64,000 bases of DNA, from contig ADNK01003277.1 in NCBI GenBank assembly GCA_000320545.1, positions 17,912 to 81,911 on the forward strand, read 5' to 3'. The notes below the pieces were generated by a model, which saw only the letters and a list, made by a program, of their open reading frames with translations, was not told the DNA's origin and did not search any database. Numbering within the stretch: position 1 is the stretch's first letter; every line of letters starts with the position of its first letter. The translations under genes and the position numbers were made by a program. Source of the DNA: Bigelowiella natans CCMP2755. Taxonomy: Eukaryota > Protista > Cercozoa. Shown here piece by piece: positions 13,922 to 29,130 of the stretch.

Positions 13922-14461
13922 CCATATCACTTTCGATTTGCGCAAGTTCAAAATAACAGCGAGTTTCATCGACTACCAAGAAATAAGCCGTACTGTGGAC
14001 TTCTTTTCACATTCCCCCTCCTTTTTTCTGTGCAGGGAATTTGCAAAATGGGACTTATCCATGATATGGATCTTCACTTCGCTTTTAATCCAACTGTAGA
14101 ATAAAAATATCCTTCGCTCCTTGTCTTCCTGTGGCCTCGACTACCTGTTGCCTCGTTTAGTCGAGGAATGTGAACAGCAGCCCTCCCTTGTGCGCTACGT
14201 GTAATGCCATCCGTCTCCAGTATAAAATCATTATTCAGTATGATTAGTTTTCAGCAGTTTTCTTCCTTCCTTCCTTCCCCCTTTCGGGTTGCATGGACTG
14301 CATGAACGAGAGTTTCATGTATGGGAAGCTCTTCCTCCTCATTGGAATTGATCCGAGCGATTTTTTTACGAATGCAGGGCAATTATCAAAAGAGACAACT
14401 ATTTGTATATAAATTTACTTATTTATGCATATCAAATTCATGCAACACATCTGGATACACC

Positions 14462-15039
14462 ATGTCTGCTGCCGACCCCACAGGAGCGCAAGGTGTGCTA
14501 ATGGTGGTGATGATGGTGGTGAATGGTGGTGGCGGTAGTTATCGTGTAACCTCACCAGTCTTTTCTTCAAAATTGTTGATGGATTTGAACCTTCGACGAT
14601 TGCAGGTAGTGGAGACCTATACCCTCCACCCCCTCCATTCTATTTACTCTATGGTGCTTCACCCTGTTCGGATGATGATGACATCGAAAGTGTTGGCCAT
14701 CAAGGCAGTGTCGCCACCAAAGTTGAAAATAAAGTGCAGGAGCAGGAGCACCTTGGTGGGGAAGTAGTAGCAGCAGCAAGGGAACAGCAGCAGCAAGGGC
14801 CGGTAATAAAATCAGATAAAGCCTAACACCTCATTATTATTCAATGGGTCTGATCCATTATTTCCCCCTTATTATTCAATGACTCTGATCCATTATTTTC
14901 CTCATTCTGCTTGCCATCCTTCATATTATCTACACTCTTCTATTAGGAACACTCGATGATAAATCCCGATTTATTGCTACCACCACCCGTGTTGGAGGGA
15001 GACTATGTCAAGTTTGGACGACCTGAAACCTCGAAGTAA

Positions 15040-15071
<32 letters not shown>

Positions 15072-17016
15072 ATGGTATTGGGCCTCCTTTAGGCGTCGTT
15101 GTAAGCAAATAAAAACAATGACAACATCACTGTTTAGTAATAACCAAGACCGTGTGTAGGAGCAGACACAATGTTCATAATTATATTCCCATTTTCATTC
15201 TTAGATGTACATTATATTTGACATGCTTCATCGACATGGTGATATATGCATGTTATCCTCCTCCTCCTCCTCGTCATCATCATCATCATCTAGTATTCTT
15301 GTTTGTTGCTCGAACAAACATAAGGTTTATAAAATGGGATCTTCCGGTTCCAAAGTTATACACAGAGCAGCGCGTCGCTCAAAATGGAAAACAAATGGAG
15401 ATATGTAAGCGAATGATCACAAGAAAAACAAAATTATCAAACAACTCAGAAATGACTATTGAAAGGAATCATTAGTTAAAGGACAGAAGAAAATGATCGA
15501 GAGAGAAAAAGAGGGAGAGAATGGAGAAGGAAAGAAAAGAAGGGGACATCTATCACAGTTGTAGCTTCTGCAAATAACGACAGATATTGTTACCAAATGA
15601 AGACGAAGAGGCTACATTCTCATCAAAGCTTTCTTTTGTGTGAATGTGTTAATACACCGTATAATCAATTCTACCTGCCTGTGATGTGATTGGTGGAGAA
15701 ACAAGCTAGTAGTAATAACAGCAATATTCAAGCTAGTAGTAATAATAACAATAACAACATTAATGTGGTGTCCCTGCTGTTTCAACCAATTTTAGCATTT
15801 GCGTCCGAATTACGTCGCCTAAATAAAAAGACATTTCAGGAATTCATACTTCTTCTTAGAACCATAGCGGTAGTAAACAATGGTGTATCGTCGTCATCAT
15901 AACTTTATAGTAGTAGTAGTATTTGATGATGATTAGATGATGAATGATTCTCTGTGTTAACTCGAAATTGACGGAGAATATAGATGTAAGAGTAGTAGTA
16001 GTAGTAGTAGTAGGATTGTTCATATGTGAACCAACGTCCTAATCCATCCTAGTAGTAGGGTTGTTCATATGTGAACCAACGTCCTAATCCATCCTAGTAG
16101 TAGGGTTGTTCATATATGAACCAACGTCCGAATCCATCCTAGTAGTAGGGTTGTTCATATTTGAACCAACATCCTAATCCATCCAAACCAAACCAACACG
16201 CCTCAGGGAAAAGAAGAAGAACATCAACAACAACAAAATGCAGATGAGGACAAGAATAAGCAAATAAAATCCGAGAAAGATGATGGTGATGATAACGCCA
16301 AAGGTGCATAATAACTGTAACATGAATAAATAATATATCGAAGTATGATCTCCAATTTGTAGTAGTATTGTAGTATCACCGCTTATAATAATACGTGATT
16401 GTTGTTGTGATGGTGATGATGGTGATGATGAGCTTGCTGCAATATATCTGCTGCTTTAAGATAGATCATCATGACAACGACGATGACGATGACGTTGATG
16501 ATAATTATGGATTTGGTGTATTACAATCCATCCATCAGCAGCAGGGCCATCATCATCATCACTGCCGTTCAACATAGAATCGCTGCCTCACTTCAAGCAT
16601 ATGCAGAATCTGGAACATCTATTCTGGTAAGAACTACTATACCAACTCATAATCGATTCATTGGTGGTAGATATTGATAGAATAATCTCACGGAAGAAGA
16701 CATCAAATCTATGCAGTGGTGGTGGCAATTCTTGGTTTTTCGATTATTTATGTCATTATTATCATTTAGTTGTTCAGATGATTATAACAAACAGCAAACA
16801 ACAAAAACAATTTCTTCGTCATTCATGTTGTGTACTTGAATTCGTATTGTACTACTACTACCACTACTACTAATACTACTGGATTTATTATCTCACGTGT
16901 TAATACTACCGGTAGCAGCAGCTTCTTCAGTCTTAGTATTACCCGCTCTGTTGTTCGTCATCTACTACTTGTTATTAGCAACATGACGCATTTAACCAAC
17001 CTCTTGCGCCCTCACC

Positions 17017-17049
<33 letters not shown>

Positions 17050-17161
17050 TATATATACATATAGTAGTAGTAGTAGTAGTAGTACATTATCTCATCAATT
17101 TTTTTGGATTCTTCTCATGATTCGACAACACTACTACTCTATGATTTCTGTTTTAGTGGAG

Positions 17162-17197
<36 letters not shown>

Positions 17198-17265
17198 AAC
17201 AACAACAGCATATCTCTATCCATCTCCTCTGTCCTTCATATCAACTTATAATCGCTACTACTACC

Positions 17266-17299
<34 letters not shown>

Positions 17300-18466
17300 T
17301 ATTATGCGTATCATCATCATCATCATCATCATCATTATTATTATTATGACGTACTTGCACTTCTTCATCATCATCATAATTATTGTGGCGATCATCATCA
17401 TCATCATCATCATCATCATTATGGCATACTTGCACTTGTTCTTCTTCCTCTTGTTCTCAGGCACGACGGTCCCTCATTTCCTCCCTTCGTAAACAAATTG
17501 AAAGAAGGAAAAAACGTGTGAAGCATCTTAGAAGATGTGTGGAAAAGGCGAAGGGTAGTAGTACTAATAGTGCTAGTAGTAGTTGTAGTAGAAGTAGTAG
17601 TAGTAGTTGTCAAGCAGTACTACAACACTACTACTACTACCACTACCACTACCACCATTACTAGCACTTGATCTACATAGTAGTAGTGTGAAAGTCCTAC
17701 ACCTATTATTCTACTATTGCCTATTCCAACACACAACCCATCATACGCATGATGCATACATCTTGAGAAACAGACTACATAATCTCAGTTAGGGTATACT
17801 ACTACACCAAACTAAATCCTGATATCTTCTTCTCCTTTTTCTTACTACAGCAAATTAAATCCTGATATCTTGTTCTTCTTTTCTTTTCTTCTTTCTTTCT
17901 CATATCATCATTATCAAGACTATCTTTCTCGCCACCCGAAACCAGTTGAAGAAGAAGAAGAAGATGATGATGAAGAAGATGAAAACAAAAAGATATCTTC
18001 GTCGTCGCTCTCATCATTGAAATCTAAGAAGCACGAAGATCATCATACCCCCTCATCACACGTTACGAAATTAATCGCTTCAGCAGGTCACGAGTCATCA
18101 TCAATGGAACTAGAGCGTGTAGTCGGAGAAAAAGAAAAAATGAGCAGCAGCGTAAGAGCGGAAGGGATTGACGGTAGGAGTAGATGATGATGCCATTGCC
18201 AACTATCAACCTTTTGCTGATATAGCTTAAATAGTCGGAAAAATGTTGGCTAGCACTAATTCGAAAGAATCGATTCATTTAGAGGAAGAAGAAACTAATT
18301 TCTCATCAGCATCTTCATAGACAATGGCATGATTGAGACTAACAACAAATTACCCACATGTTACACAAACAACACCTTTACTTATTTTACCTTAGAGAAA
18401 GACAATGAGGAGATGATTAACTCGGTCGTAATAGATAGCTTGCTGTCGAAGCTGGATGCGCTGTAG
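14462..18466 (+). CDS. MED7: Mediator of RNA polymerase II transcription subunit 7
   Basis: Spliced exons give YPPPPPFYLLY, LLPPPVLEGDYVKFG, PKLY, FASELRRLNK..FILLL and NMTHLTNLLRPHQ|ARRSLI..QIERRK, matching MED7 conserved blocks. The low-complexity C-terminal exons are less certain. Confidence 0.85.
16012..16185. repeat. 4 x 45-bp intronic minisatellite with internal inverted repeat (gttca-tatg-tgaac)
   Basis: The catat core recurs at 16021, 16066, 16111 and 16156. Confidence 0.9.
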
Positions 18467-18639
18467 GTAATAACATCAACAGTATAGCTAGCATTACATC
18501 CATGTAGTATTATAATGCAAAAAAGACGAGTGTAACTCTTTATGAAAAATACTATTGATCGAACGCGGCTTGATGCCATTACAAGTGAGCATGAATTCAT
18601 TTACCATGGTTATTTGTACGCTATCATGGTTAATCAATG

Positions 18640-19100
18640 AAATCTATCGTTTAGCGTGCACTAGAGTACTTGCGCCTTGCGACGTTCGCCCATTCTAGCT
18701 AAGCATTGCGACATCGATTTGAATGCATGCAGATCGAGAGACAAGTCTGCATGTTTTTGGGCGGCAATAAATCCTAAACAGCGTTAATTCATCGATCAAT
18801 TAAAGCTAAATGTGCTAAAGCTGCCCCTTATTAGACATCTAATAATGAACCATTTCTGCACATAAGGCACCGCTAGCTAGCTAGACCGCTCTCTATATGC
18901 AAGCGCCTTCGATACGACGTACTAGCGTAACCCGAGCATGCATGTGGCGTACCGTTCTAGCGTTTACATGCTGCATGCTCTAGTGCTAGCTTTCGAATCG
19001 CTTGTTCCCGAAGTGTGCTAGTCATTGCACTATACGTACAGCTAACAGAGCTTGAGACAGCAGCACTAATATAGAGAATATGGAGTTCTCTAGTTCTAGA
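18640..19100. other. CTAG/CATG/TGCA-rich island between the convergent MED7 and PNPase 3' ends
   Basis: Contains gctagctagctagac, gcatgcatg, ctgcatgctctagtgctagc and similar. Noncoding. Confidence 0.65.
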
Positions 19101-19216
19101 GTTATCAACGTAGGTTTTGTTCATCTAAGAGGATGTGTGACTCACACTCGCATCTACTTGCACATGGTCGAATGCAACATACCATACTAGCATATCTAGA
19201 TATATATACAGCATAG

Positions 19217-19256
<40 letters not shown>

Positions 19257-19433
19257 TACAACCCTCAGCAATCACATGTATTATCATGAACTTTGTATCT
19301 AGAGCTTCAGAGTGTTAACCACTACTGAAATGACAAAACCACATACACACACATACACATACACATACACATACACACGTAGCTACATCATCATCTTCGC
19401 ATACACACACGTTTAAACGATGATCGAAGACGC

Positions 19434-19607
19434 TTACGTAGTACTATTACTAATACTACTTCGCTGCTGCTCAGGGACTGTTGTTTTATGTGCTAGAGGT
19501 CGTCTACTACTACTGCTGCTGCTACTGTTTAGGGGCTGTTCTGTGGGCTGGAGGTCTCCCCCTTTTTGGTTTACTTGTAGCTTCCTGGTGATTCATATCA
19601 GGTAATA

Positions 19608-19646
<39 letters not shown>

Positions 19647-22637
19647 GAGAAACATGCATGATAGATAATAATGAGAGATACGCAAAAAACAAAAAGAAAT
19701 ACTTACAAAGTAAGATTTTCCTCTCTATAAGCAGCAGGACTGTTGTAATAGTAGTAGTCTACGTATACACTGCTCTTACATTGGTTGAAGTAGCACTTGG
19801 TGATGACAGCAATACTCTTCGGCTCAGTTTGAGTTGATTTTTCTCGTTGATATCAATGACTTTAACATCGATCTGGTCTCCCACTTTAAACATGTCGTTG
19901 ATTTTCTCCACGCGTTTCGAATCAAGTTCACTTATGTGACACAATGCTCTTAGCCCTGGCTTCACCTGTTTATCATCACTATCATCATTTAAGTAATGTA
20001 ATAGTAAGAAGTAGCAATATTATAGAGGGAGGACATGGTGTTTCTTGTTTTAAGCATAAACAACAACGATGGTAAAACAACAACAACAACCATTTGATGA
20101 AAATAATAACCATAACAATAGGAAACAAGAACAAGCAACAACTCTGTAATAATAATAATAATAATAAGATCCATGGGAGAGAATGGTATCATCATTGCTA
20201 CTGGGTATAGTTTGATAACTAGAATAAGAGGAGGAAGCAAGGATGTGGTATTAGTAGTAGGCAAATACGATCGAATGCCTCCTATTTGTTGTTGGTGTTG
20301 TATTTCTCTCCTCTTCCGTCCTCTACCACCCTCCTACAAACAGCGTCACAACTACCACTTCTAGTAGTACAACTACTGCTACTACCTCAACAAAGACTCC
20401 GTATGCTTCAATCCATTGTATCTTAACACCCTTCAAAACCTCTCCCACCTTAGGCATGGGACCGCTATAAGCCTTTAATTTCCAACAAAGCAACAACAAC
20501 AACAACAACAACAACAAACCCATCAATCAGCAAGGAGACCACATTAAAGGCACAATGTTCTCGAGTAACAACTCATCATCAATGATATGTATTATCATTA
20601 TCATCAAATCATCATCATCATCACCATTGTATCCACCATAATTCATCACGACAAGTATAGTGATAATGGTCATTTGTCATCATCATGAGTTGATCGTATT
20701 ATTCAGGCTGCTGCTGCTACTGCTTCTTCTTCTTCTTCTTCTTCTTCTTCTTCTTCTTCCTCTACTCCTCCACAACATAAAGTTGTCGCTATTTATATGC
20801 TTAGCACCACCAACCTCCTTCGTGTAAGGGCCTTTATCATCTTCTGAAACTAAAGACTCGATTTTTTTCTTTGCTTCTTTAGCAGCATTCATATCAACGG
20901 CCATAATTTTAACTGAACCATCATCTGACACATCGCAAGACTCAAGTTTGTAAGTCTCGATGATACTCTTAATTTGTTTTCCGCCAGGGCCAATGAGCTT
21001 TCCAATGGCATTAGGAGGAATCATCAATGACACCTGGTGTAGTAGTAGCAGTATTATCATAGATACAACAACGAATATCATGCTAAGGTAGTAGTATAGC
21101 TTGAACAACAAGAAGAAGAAGAAGAAGAAGAAGCTTTTCTTCTGCTGGCTAGTGCTTTGTATCGAAATAGAAATTGAATTAAAAAAGGGGGAGGCTGGCT
21201 GCTGCTTTGTATCCAAACAGAATTAAAAAAGGAGGAGGAGGAGGATAAATATTAACATACACAAAGAATTTTGAACAATATCATTTTTCTGCTGCGTGAA
21301 TCGGGAAGATACGGAATAGATAGTAATAATTATTACAATTTTAGGTGCTGATGCAGCGAGAGACTCCCTTGTAGTTGGTAATGCTTCAGTCATTTTGTCC
21401 AAAATATGTGTACGTGCAGATCTTGCTTGTAGGAGAGTCTTTCGTATAGCTTCGATGGATAAACCAAAGTTTTTGATGTCTAACTGTAATGAGGTAATTC
21501 CTGTCGCATTTCCAGCCACTTTGAAGTCCATCATGCCCAATGCATCTTCAAACCCAAGGATATCACTCAAAATCAATGACTCTCCTGTTTTAATCAAGCG
21601 GTAATGTAGAACGTAGGAGGGGGAGGAGGAAAAAGAGAAGAAATAGTAAGAAGGGGTGAAAGAAGAAGAGGAAGAAAAGGACGCAACAAACGCAACATCA
21701 GCTGCAATTATTACACCATATTTCACTACTACTGCAATTTGTGGATGGATAAACAAAAAAGGAGGAAGTAGTACTGAAATGTCATTAAACATGGAGGGAA
21801 GCGGGAGGACTGAACGAGTAATAAGATGGGACAAACTAGGTATGGCTGCTTTTAGCCACCACAAGCAATTCCATCTACTGTGAACATGATGATGATCATC
21901 ATATCACATCAGTAGTACTACCTACCTGATGCAACAGTAGTAGGATCGACTAAAAGCCCCATTGCAACACCAGCTACAGGAGACTTAACAGGAATCCCAG
22001 CATCCATCATAGCTAGAGAACATGCACACACGGTTGCCATGCTGCTACTTCCATCTGATTGAGTAACAAGACTCTCTGCACGTACAGTGTACGGAAATTG
22101 GGAATGCTCAGGCATTGAAGGATCCAGTGCTCTCTCTGCAAGATCACCATGCCCTACCTCTCTTCTTCCAGGAGCTCCTACTCTTCCAACCTTTCAATGA
22201 TGTTGTTGTTATTGTTGTTGTTGTATGTAAGTAAACAAGTAATAATGATGATGATGACGATGATGACGATGAACAGTAATGACAATTGAGTCATCATCAT
22301 CATCGTCATCGTCATCGTCATCATCATAAGCGGCCACTACGAAGACATCATGATCTTATTTCTGCTGCAGCAACAACTAAAACAACAACAACAACAACAA
22401 CAACAACTCTATTGCTACTACTCATTACATGTATTATGTATGCATCCAATAAGTAAATAAGTAAATAAATAAATTAATTTATTAATTAATATAATAATAA
22501 TATATTAATTTTTACAGCATGTTCCATCTCAACAGCAACCTAAACTAAACTAGCATCAATTATTTATATTAATTGTTTTATCGAGCAATATGAAATATCA
22601 TCATGTCTTATGTGTTAAAAAACAACAACAACTGCTA

Positions 22638-22673
<36 letters not shown>

Positions 22674-23553
22674 TGGTATTGGTGCAAGCAATAATCTACT
22701 ACTACCTCTCCAACACTGCAGGGAGGAAAGTTGTATTGTAAGTAAAATCTCTGAGAGATATCTCCGTGCAAAGTCGGGTCTATCAACTGCATGCTACTAT
22801 CACCAAGCGTGATGGTAGCAAGTGCCTGTGTTGTTCCCCTTGTAAATAGAGCAGAACCGTGTGTACAAGGAAGCACGGGAGTTTCAATGCCAATGTCCCG
22901 CACTTGAAAAATACCTCTACCATCAATCCTTTTGCCTTCGTTTTCAACCATGTGACGCAACCGCTTAATCGTTAGTCGTTTTATTGCAATCTTCAGGTCT
23001 TCCTAAGGAGCGGGGAGGGGGGGGGGGGAGAGAGTGGTAAGGGGTTACTGGATGATGAACATATGAACTTGTATCTAGTAGTACCTCATCGTAACTACTA
23101 CTACTAATGTTCTCTTCTTCCTCCTTCTCCACTGCGCTGTTATTAGTAGTGTCAGCATCTTGTTCTGCTGCTACTGCTGCTTGAGAGGAGAGAAGAGATT
23201 CCAAAATAGTAGTCTTTGCTTTATCAAATGCTGCACCTCTAACTTGTTTCTCGCTTATATGAAGTGCTTCATCGATAAGTTGTGTGCCTACGTCAGCAAC
23301 TGCATCCATAGCACTCTCAGGAAGGTTATACAAACTCTTCTTTTCTTTTCCGATGTGTGCTGCAAACGCCTCTATTGCATCGCATATAGGAATGATGTGT
23401 TTATGTGCTTCTTCAATGGCGTTGACAACAATATCTTCAGATAAGAAATTAGCTTCGCCTTCAACCATGACGACCTGATTGATGATAGTCATTGAATCAT
23501 CATAGCAGTAAGCTTGCGGCAGGGAAATGATGATGATGATGATGACGAACACA

Positions 23554-23603
<50 letters not shown>

Positions 23604-23612
23604 CATTTTGTG

Positions 23613-23658
<46 letters not shown>

Positions 23659-25528
23659 TATTTGTATAATATTACAGTACCGCGTCTTTCGTTGCACTAA
23701 CAACAAGCTCAAGTGCTGCAGCTTCAACTTGTACGCGAGTTGGATTTATGACGATTTGATCATTCACAATTGCAACTCGGACACACGCTACTGGCTTTCT
23801 CATCGGAACCTTTGTTAAGGAGGAGGAGGAGGAGGAGGAGGAGGAGGAGGAGGAGGACGAGATACATGTTGCACTCACCCATGGTTTGGACGACTACTAA
23901 TTTAAGATGATAATATGATGATCCAATCGATTTAAGTACGGTAAGGTGACCAACTACCATATATGCAGTGACAATAATTATGGAAATATTAAGAAGAAGA
24001 AGGCTGAACCCTTTCATCTTTAATGCATTATAATCATAAAATGATCATATAATTACGAGATTCTTGCTTTGTTAAGGGCTCCTTGCCCACTCACCACCTC
24101 CCATTATTATGATTATGATCAACATTGTACTACCTCGCTCAAAGCTAAAGCTGCACTCGCAGACGTAACAGCTAACGTCGATGGTAGATGCTGTTTGTCA
24201 TAGCTCAATACCCAAGATAAAGTTTGTGTTTCTTGAGCCCATCCTAGCAAGAGAGGCCGAATCGATCGATCAATTGCTCGTGAAATCAGAATTTCTCTAT
24301 CGGAAGGCCTTCCATCACGCTTAAAAAAACCTTGATTTGTTCTACCAGCCGCACTACTCCTTTCGAAATAATCCACCTGAGTTAATATGAGAATCTATTT
24401 TTACTTTGGATCAAATGATCGCCATTGATTGCTTAACTAATGACAGCCCTCTCAATTGCATCATGATCGTCGTCGTCATCGTCATCATCATCATCATTTG
24501 TTCGACATGTATATCAATATGATGTCACTCTGTTCTCAAATGTGAAATGCTATTTGTTGTTGTGCAAAACATATATAGTTTGTTCATTATTGGTATTGTT
24601 GTTGGAAGATAATAAAACGCATATGCTTCTACAAACAAATTGCTGTTGATGGGTGCATAAGTTGCCAACCCTTAGAGGAGTGAAGTCGGAAGGCTTTCCT
24701 TCTTCGCCAGGAGCAGCACGTTGTGCACATGCAGTGGTATAAAGTACAGTGTCCCCATCTTTGATGGTCAAAGCGCCACCTGCTAGCTTCCCAATGACAC
24801 CCGTCTCCATCTCGATTACCCTTCCTGCACTCTTGAAAAAGAGTGTTGATTTTGTTCCATCACCTTCCACAATTTTGTACTCTCCTTCTTTTAGATCCGG
24901 CGCAACCGTTTGTTTTATATTCATGAAACTAGGGGGGTCGATAGCGCCACGTGTATCATCATTAACATCATCATCATCCTTGCCGTTTAATTTGGTGGTA
25001 GTTCTAGTGACGCCACTGTCTTCTCCATCTCCCAATGTTGCAAAAGAGGGAATGATAAGGGGGCGGCTTATCATCCTTCTTATTGCAGGTCTCCTCAACA
25101 TCGAGACGCCAATAGAAATATCATCCCGGTGATAGTAGCGTGCTCTCCGAGGGATAGGAATATGAAAGGAATGAGGAGTCGATCTCACCACTTGTCTGGA
25201 AGAAGTAATAGACGACCGTCAAAATTAGTATGTGCAAAGCGCGAACACCAAATTCCGCACCTTGATGAATAAGAAGTTACAGCGCGTGACAATGTTTTCT
25301 GGGAGGAGCCTGCGCCGCCTATGAAACAAAGAAACTTAACTGCGACTACGTGTCTGCTTCTTCGTTTGTTTAGTTACCTCTTCCTTCAGTGGCTGCAATG
25401 ATCACGCCAATAGAAATAGAGGCTAGTATGATAAAAAGTAAAACATTTTGTCCTATTCCTTTTGGTCCTTTTTCAATAGCGGTGGAGGTTCTGTGAATCC
25501 TGTGGCTGTTGTCCCGAGAGGGAGCCAT
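19434..25528 (-). CDS. PNP: Polyribonucleotide nucleotidyltransferase (PNPase), probably plastid-targeted
   Basis: Exons: [18 protein letters not shown]|[61 protein letters not shown]|[41 protein letters not shown]; KH domain [10 protein letters not shown]; S1 domain YGVFVE|..CHISEL..LKLSRR. First exon [24 protein letters not shown]. Confidence 0.95.
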
Positions 25529-26253
25529 TGCAGCCGATTCCCAGATTTAGATAACAACATAGCTATTCTACAATGAAGGTATATTCTATTATAAAATTCG
25601 AATATCTGCATGACGCAATACTAATATTGACTAAGATTCTTGATACCAAAAACGGATGTCTGTAACAGCGTGATCTGATCACTCATCAATGTCCTATTTG
25701 TTTACGATAAAGCTCTATAATGAAGTCGTTAACTCAAAATCAATGATATTTTGAAATACATTGTGTAAACTCACCGTGTTTGCTTGTTCTCTTGTTTTAG
25801 CATTATTGTTGTTGTTGTTATTGTTGTTGTTGTTACGGCTGCGGGCAGTCAAGGATACGATTTCATGATCTGAAGCTAGATTCTGAAATGATTATTTTTG
25901 ATTTTTTTAAGGAATAGAGTTGACGCAGACATCTACAGGTAGTTAGTCAGTCATTCTAGTCAGCATCTTTTTTCTTCTTTTTTTTTATTTATTTTTTTTA
26001 GTTAAATAGTTATTCTGTTCGCATCCTTGACTTCCCAGCTCAGTTCCAAACGACATTGCGAAAGAAATTCATAACTCAACCAACCCAACAAACACAAACA
26101 ACACAAACAACACAAACTACACAAACAACACAAACAACACAAACAACGCGCTGCTACTGAATGGTGGAGGTGCTGAAGGAGGAGGAGCGCATCTGAGAAG
26201 GCCAATCTTAATAGAAAAAATTTGTTCGGTAGAGGAGGAGTGTAACATCGGCC

Positions 26254-27636
26254 ATGTCGGAGAAATCGAAAGCAAGCCCTTCCCCCCCTCCGGTAAATTG
26301 AAGAGAAAGCAACTAAACGTAGTAGTCCAACTTCCTCCGTTATTTAAATGCTCAATTATCTCTAGCTGTCGCGCCAAATGGCATTAGCACTGGTCTGCAA
26401 TTCCAATGTCAACAGAAGTTTAGAGGGACATCGAATCTTGAAAGAAAAGGTTATTCTCATCCATATTTTTTGAGTTCCCTCAACACTACCTTCCATGCCG
26501 CAATATTTCTTTTTACATGTGTTGAATAATAGGGGTTCGGGCGGGTTTGGAGCTACGGTGTTGGATCGAAAGTCAGACTTCCCGGAATTAGAGGCCCGAG
26601 TGTGTACATGTTTGGGACTCCTTTTGAAGCAATGCAAAGAGACCTTGAGAATAAGAACTACAACTGGTCTGAGTAGTAGTTAGTTAGTTCATCGTTAATG
26701 TTTTCTGCAACAATAATAGCTACTACTAATCGATAATAATGTTAACTCAGTTGCACTATTGACAGGTATAAGGATAGAGGAATCCTAGACATGCTGGATC
26801 GTGATGCAAAAGTTGTTCCTCAGCATAGTGAAATTCCCATGAGTTATGAGCATTTGTAGCTTAATGATGCTTTATGCTTAATGAAATTAAGGTAAAAAAA
26901 GCTCCTCGCAGATGGCAAGACGAGAAAAAAAGAAATTACGACTTGGTAAGAGGGGGTAGGAAGGAGGGAGGCTTAACATGATGGGTGTTGTTATCATGTA
27001 ATTTATTGTAAATAAGTCTCTTCTTTTTCTTCTTCTCCTGTATTATTTCGTAGATTTTAGCTTATGACATCCGTGCCTACAACATTCTGATAGAAGGTAA
27101 TAATAATAATAATAATGTTACCATCATCATAGATTCTAGTCATTATTCATTATTGCTTGATTTTTCTTCTTATTTTCACGGTGCTGCAATAATAAGTCTT
27201 TCCAAACTGCTGCATATGTGTCATAGAATTCGAATCCAGTCGTGGGCAACTTGGTTGTCATCCTGTTCACATCATTGGGTCCGATCACACAACGCTCATT
27301 ACATTCGTCTTGTCTAAATCGTCGTTTTCTTGACTTAAAATATATTACATCATCGAAGATAAAAATTAACTACTGTTCATTGACTTCATCATCGTCAGTT
27401 GGTATGTGGAAGACAGATACTATGAGGCTAGAGAAGCAGCAGAAACGCTGTACAAATTTATTTGTAAGGTTGATACGCCACATATTTTCTGAATTTTTTG
27501 GACGACCATCAATTATTATTTTTCACAGCTCCACAGCTTCGAAGATTGGCAGACGAAGATCGCTTCCTTGGTTGATTCGTTCTTTGAGACAGATCACAAA
27601 ATTGAAGTTCAATACCGAGTATGTTTCACCAGTTAA
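26254..27636 (+). CDS. SSU72: RNA polymerase II CTD phosphatase Ssu72 (multi-exon, not visible in the ORF track)
   Basis: Spliced: MSEKSKASPSPPP|LSRQMALALVCNSNVNRSLEGH (CX5R)..|GFGRVWSYGVGSKVRLPG..SVYMFGTPF..DL..|YKDRGILDMLDRDAK|VKKAPRRWQD..|..HPVHII..|..EDWQ..RVCFTS*. Confidence 0.88.
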
Positions 27637-27849
27637 GAAGAAATACCATTCCCGGATGCGCGGTGCAATAGCGTAGAGGATATTTACTTTCGTCGATGCA
27701 GTATTTGCCTAGTAACATAACAATCCGTAGGCGTTGCGGAGGTCATGACGTATATCCGCCACATTTTTCGCAAATTATGCATTATAGAAGTCAAATAATT
27801 GTTCGGCGTCATAACACTTAGTTGTTGTATTTGTTAATATGTACGTGAT

Positions 27850-29130
27850 CTCTAGCTTACTCGTGTACAAATTCGCACAACGAATCGTTGCATGACGAAC
27901 GTACAACATGCTATTCACATGCCATGGATGATGACACATGTAGTGTACGTGGGTTCACGTTCCCGGGCTCAACCTACTCTAGCAACCTCGTACAACTTGC
28001 GGAGCTTCTCAGAAAATAGTGTGGACTTGCAAGTCCCTATGCGTTGTGTCGTGGCTTGTTTGGTGCATGTGTGCTTTTCAAGTGCATGTGGTGTGCATGG
28101 GTACATGTGTTCTCCTACGATACGCGTACAAGCATGTGGACTCATGAGTCCCTACATCATCAACGCGTGTTTGTCGCCTTGCAAATGCCAGAGCGAGTGA
28201 CAAACTGTTGAACAACTGAACAGATCTAGACGTCTGCGCTGAACATGATGTGGCCGCCATCGGCTAACAACAAAGTCACAGGGCGGGAAGTTGGGAGGTG
28301 CATCCCATCTTGTGTGACAACATGCTGCAACCCGGCTCTAACTATTGCCACTAGACTGCATCTGCGCGGTAGTGTCTCATTTTTGCGCCGGATTGCCAAT
28401 CTGTCTAGATCTCATCTAGCAATGTTCATCAATATCTGATGCGTGCATGCAGCTGTTTCTATGAAGGCACATGCATGCCACGATGCGGATGAATTCATAG
28501 ATCGCCAGATCTGAAAGACAAAAGGTCAGCAGTGTGCTGTGGCTACATGCCGACTGTGACAACTAGGGCGCAGTTGTGCTGCAACAAGAAGCACCAGAGC
28601 TCAGTCAACGCATGCTGTCTGTGACACAAATGCAGGTCTAGCTAGAGCTAGCAGAGAGATGGGCATGTGGCGCACGCCAGCATGGCGCCACAATTGCAGT
28701 TTTCTGCCAAGCAGAGACAAATCGATTCAATGTGAGCGCTGTATAGCAGCACAGCCGCTGTTTTGTGCGCAGCTGCATTGGGATAACAATTGAACAAAAT
28801 TGAATTGTTCATTGCATCCGTCTCACATGACAAATCTAGAATTCACTGACACAAATGCATGCGTCTAGCGCTGGCAACGAACAATGAACACAAACACCGA
28901 ATACAATGGTTACCACGCAGCACAACCATTTTGTTCGGATGTATAGATGAATCGAATGGTTGCCAACGAGTAGTTTTTGTCATTCTGTTATTCATTCGAA
29001 TGGTTTCGAACATAGCCATTGACATGGTGTGTGACAACCACAACTACTCAGCACTAGCAGGCAGGTTCATGCAGTTGCTTCGGTTGCGGCGATAGGACAT
29101 AGATGACATCGACGCTGTGCCTGCGAACCT
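27850..29130. other. TG/CA- and CTAG-rich island downstream of Ssu72
   Basis: Dense tgca/catg/ctag words. The short ORFs here are rich in C/H/A and have no recognizable family. Confidence 0.65.

Noticed and set aside
16012-16185. Palindromic 45-bp repeats as CRISPR or MITE
   Set aside because: They are head-to-tail without spacers, TIRs or TSD: an intronic minisatellite.
4060-27636. Functional cluster of RNA/transcription genes (DDX6, MED7, PNPase, Ssu72)
   Set aside because: They act in different compartments and pathways, and this category is common enough to co-occur by chance.
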